From positions 1 to 17,645 of the forward strand of contig JASLZZ010000106.1 in assembly GCA_030754595.1 (NCBI GenBank): a DNA stretch of 17,645 nucleotides. The letters are read 5' to 3'. Within the stretch, counting starts at the first letter, position 1. Each line of letters opens with the position of its first letter. The notes below the pieces were generated by a model that was given only the letters and a program-made list of their open reading frames with translations, made no database searches and was not told the DNA's origin. This stretch comes from Nitrospinota bacterium. GTDB taxonomy: Bacteria > UBA8248. The position numbers and the translations under genes were made by a program. Positions 17,636 to 17,645 of this stretch are shown here, piece by piece.

Positions 17636-17645
17636 ATGAGAGGCG
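17636..17645 (+). CDS. Possible start of a downstream gene (3' partial)
   Basis: GAGGTG RBS-like sequence shortly before ATG 17636; only 3 codons are visible. Confidence 0.25.

Overview
Bacterial chromosomal window, mostly housekeeping genes. Left to right: (1) the 3' end of an IS5-family transposase, whose right end sits at a CTAG inside a PrsA/SurA-like foldase gene and truncates it; (2) a long minus-strand block of Rrf2 regulator-iscS-iscU-iscA-hscB-hscA-fdx-iscX (a complete ISC Fe-S assembly operon), followed closely by a crotonase, a family III CoA-transferase and rsmI; (3) an orphan LivJ-like ABC substrate-binding protein divergent from mutY; (4) arsC plus a small membrane protein; (5) a ~4.2 kb plus-strand gene for a membrane-anchored sensor with eight tandem ~167-aa GAF domains. 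The sensor gene is broken by a G11 frameshift, two in-frame TAG codons, two more single-base frameshifts and a 3' truncation, so it reads as a decaying pseudogene. I see no convincing wholly new multi-gene system. The best leads are the mosaic 8-GAF sensor and its lesions, a non-canonical Rrf2 with tandem IscR-type-1-like operators, a MutY with a C-terminal clamp-binding-like motif and homopolymer tracts, and a HscB with an apparently Cys-less zinc-ribbon remnant. All family assignments come from motif recognition by eye; no searches were run.
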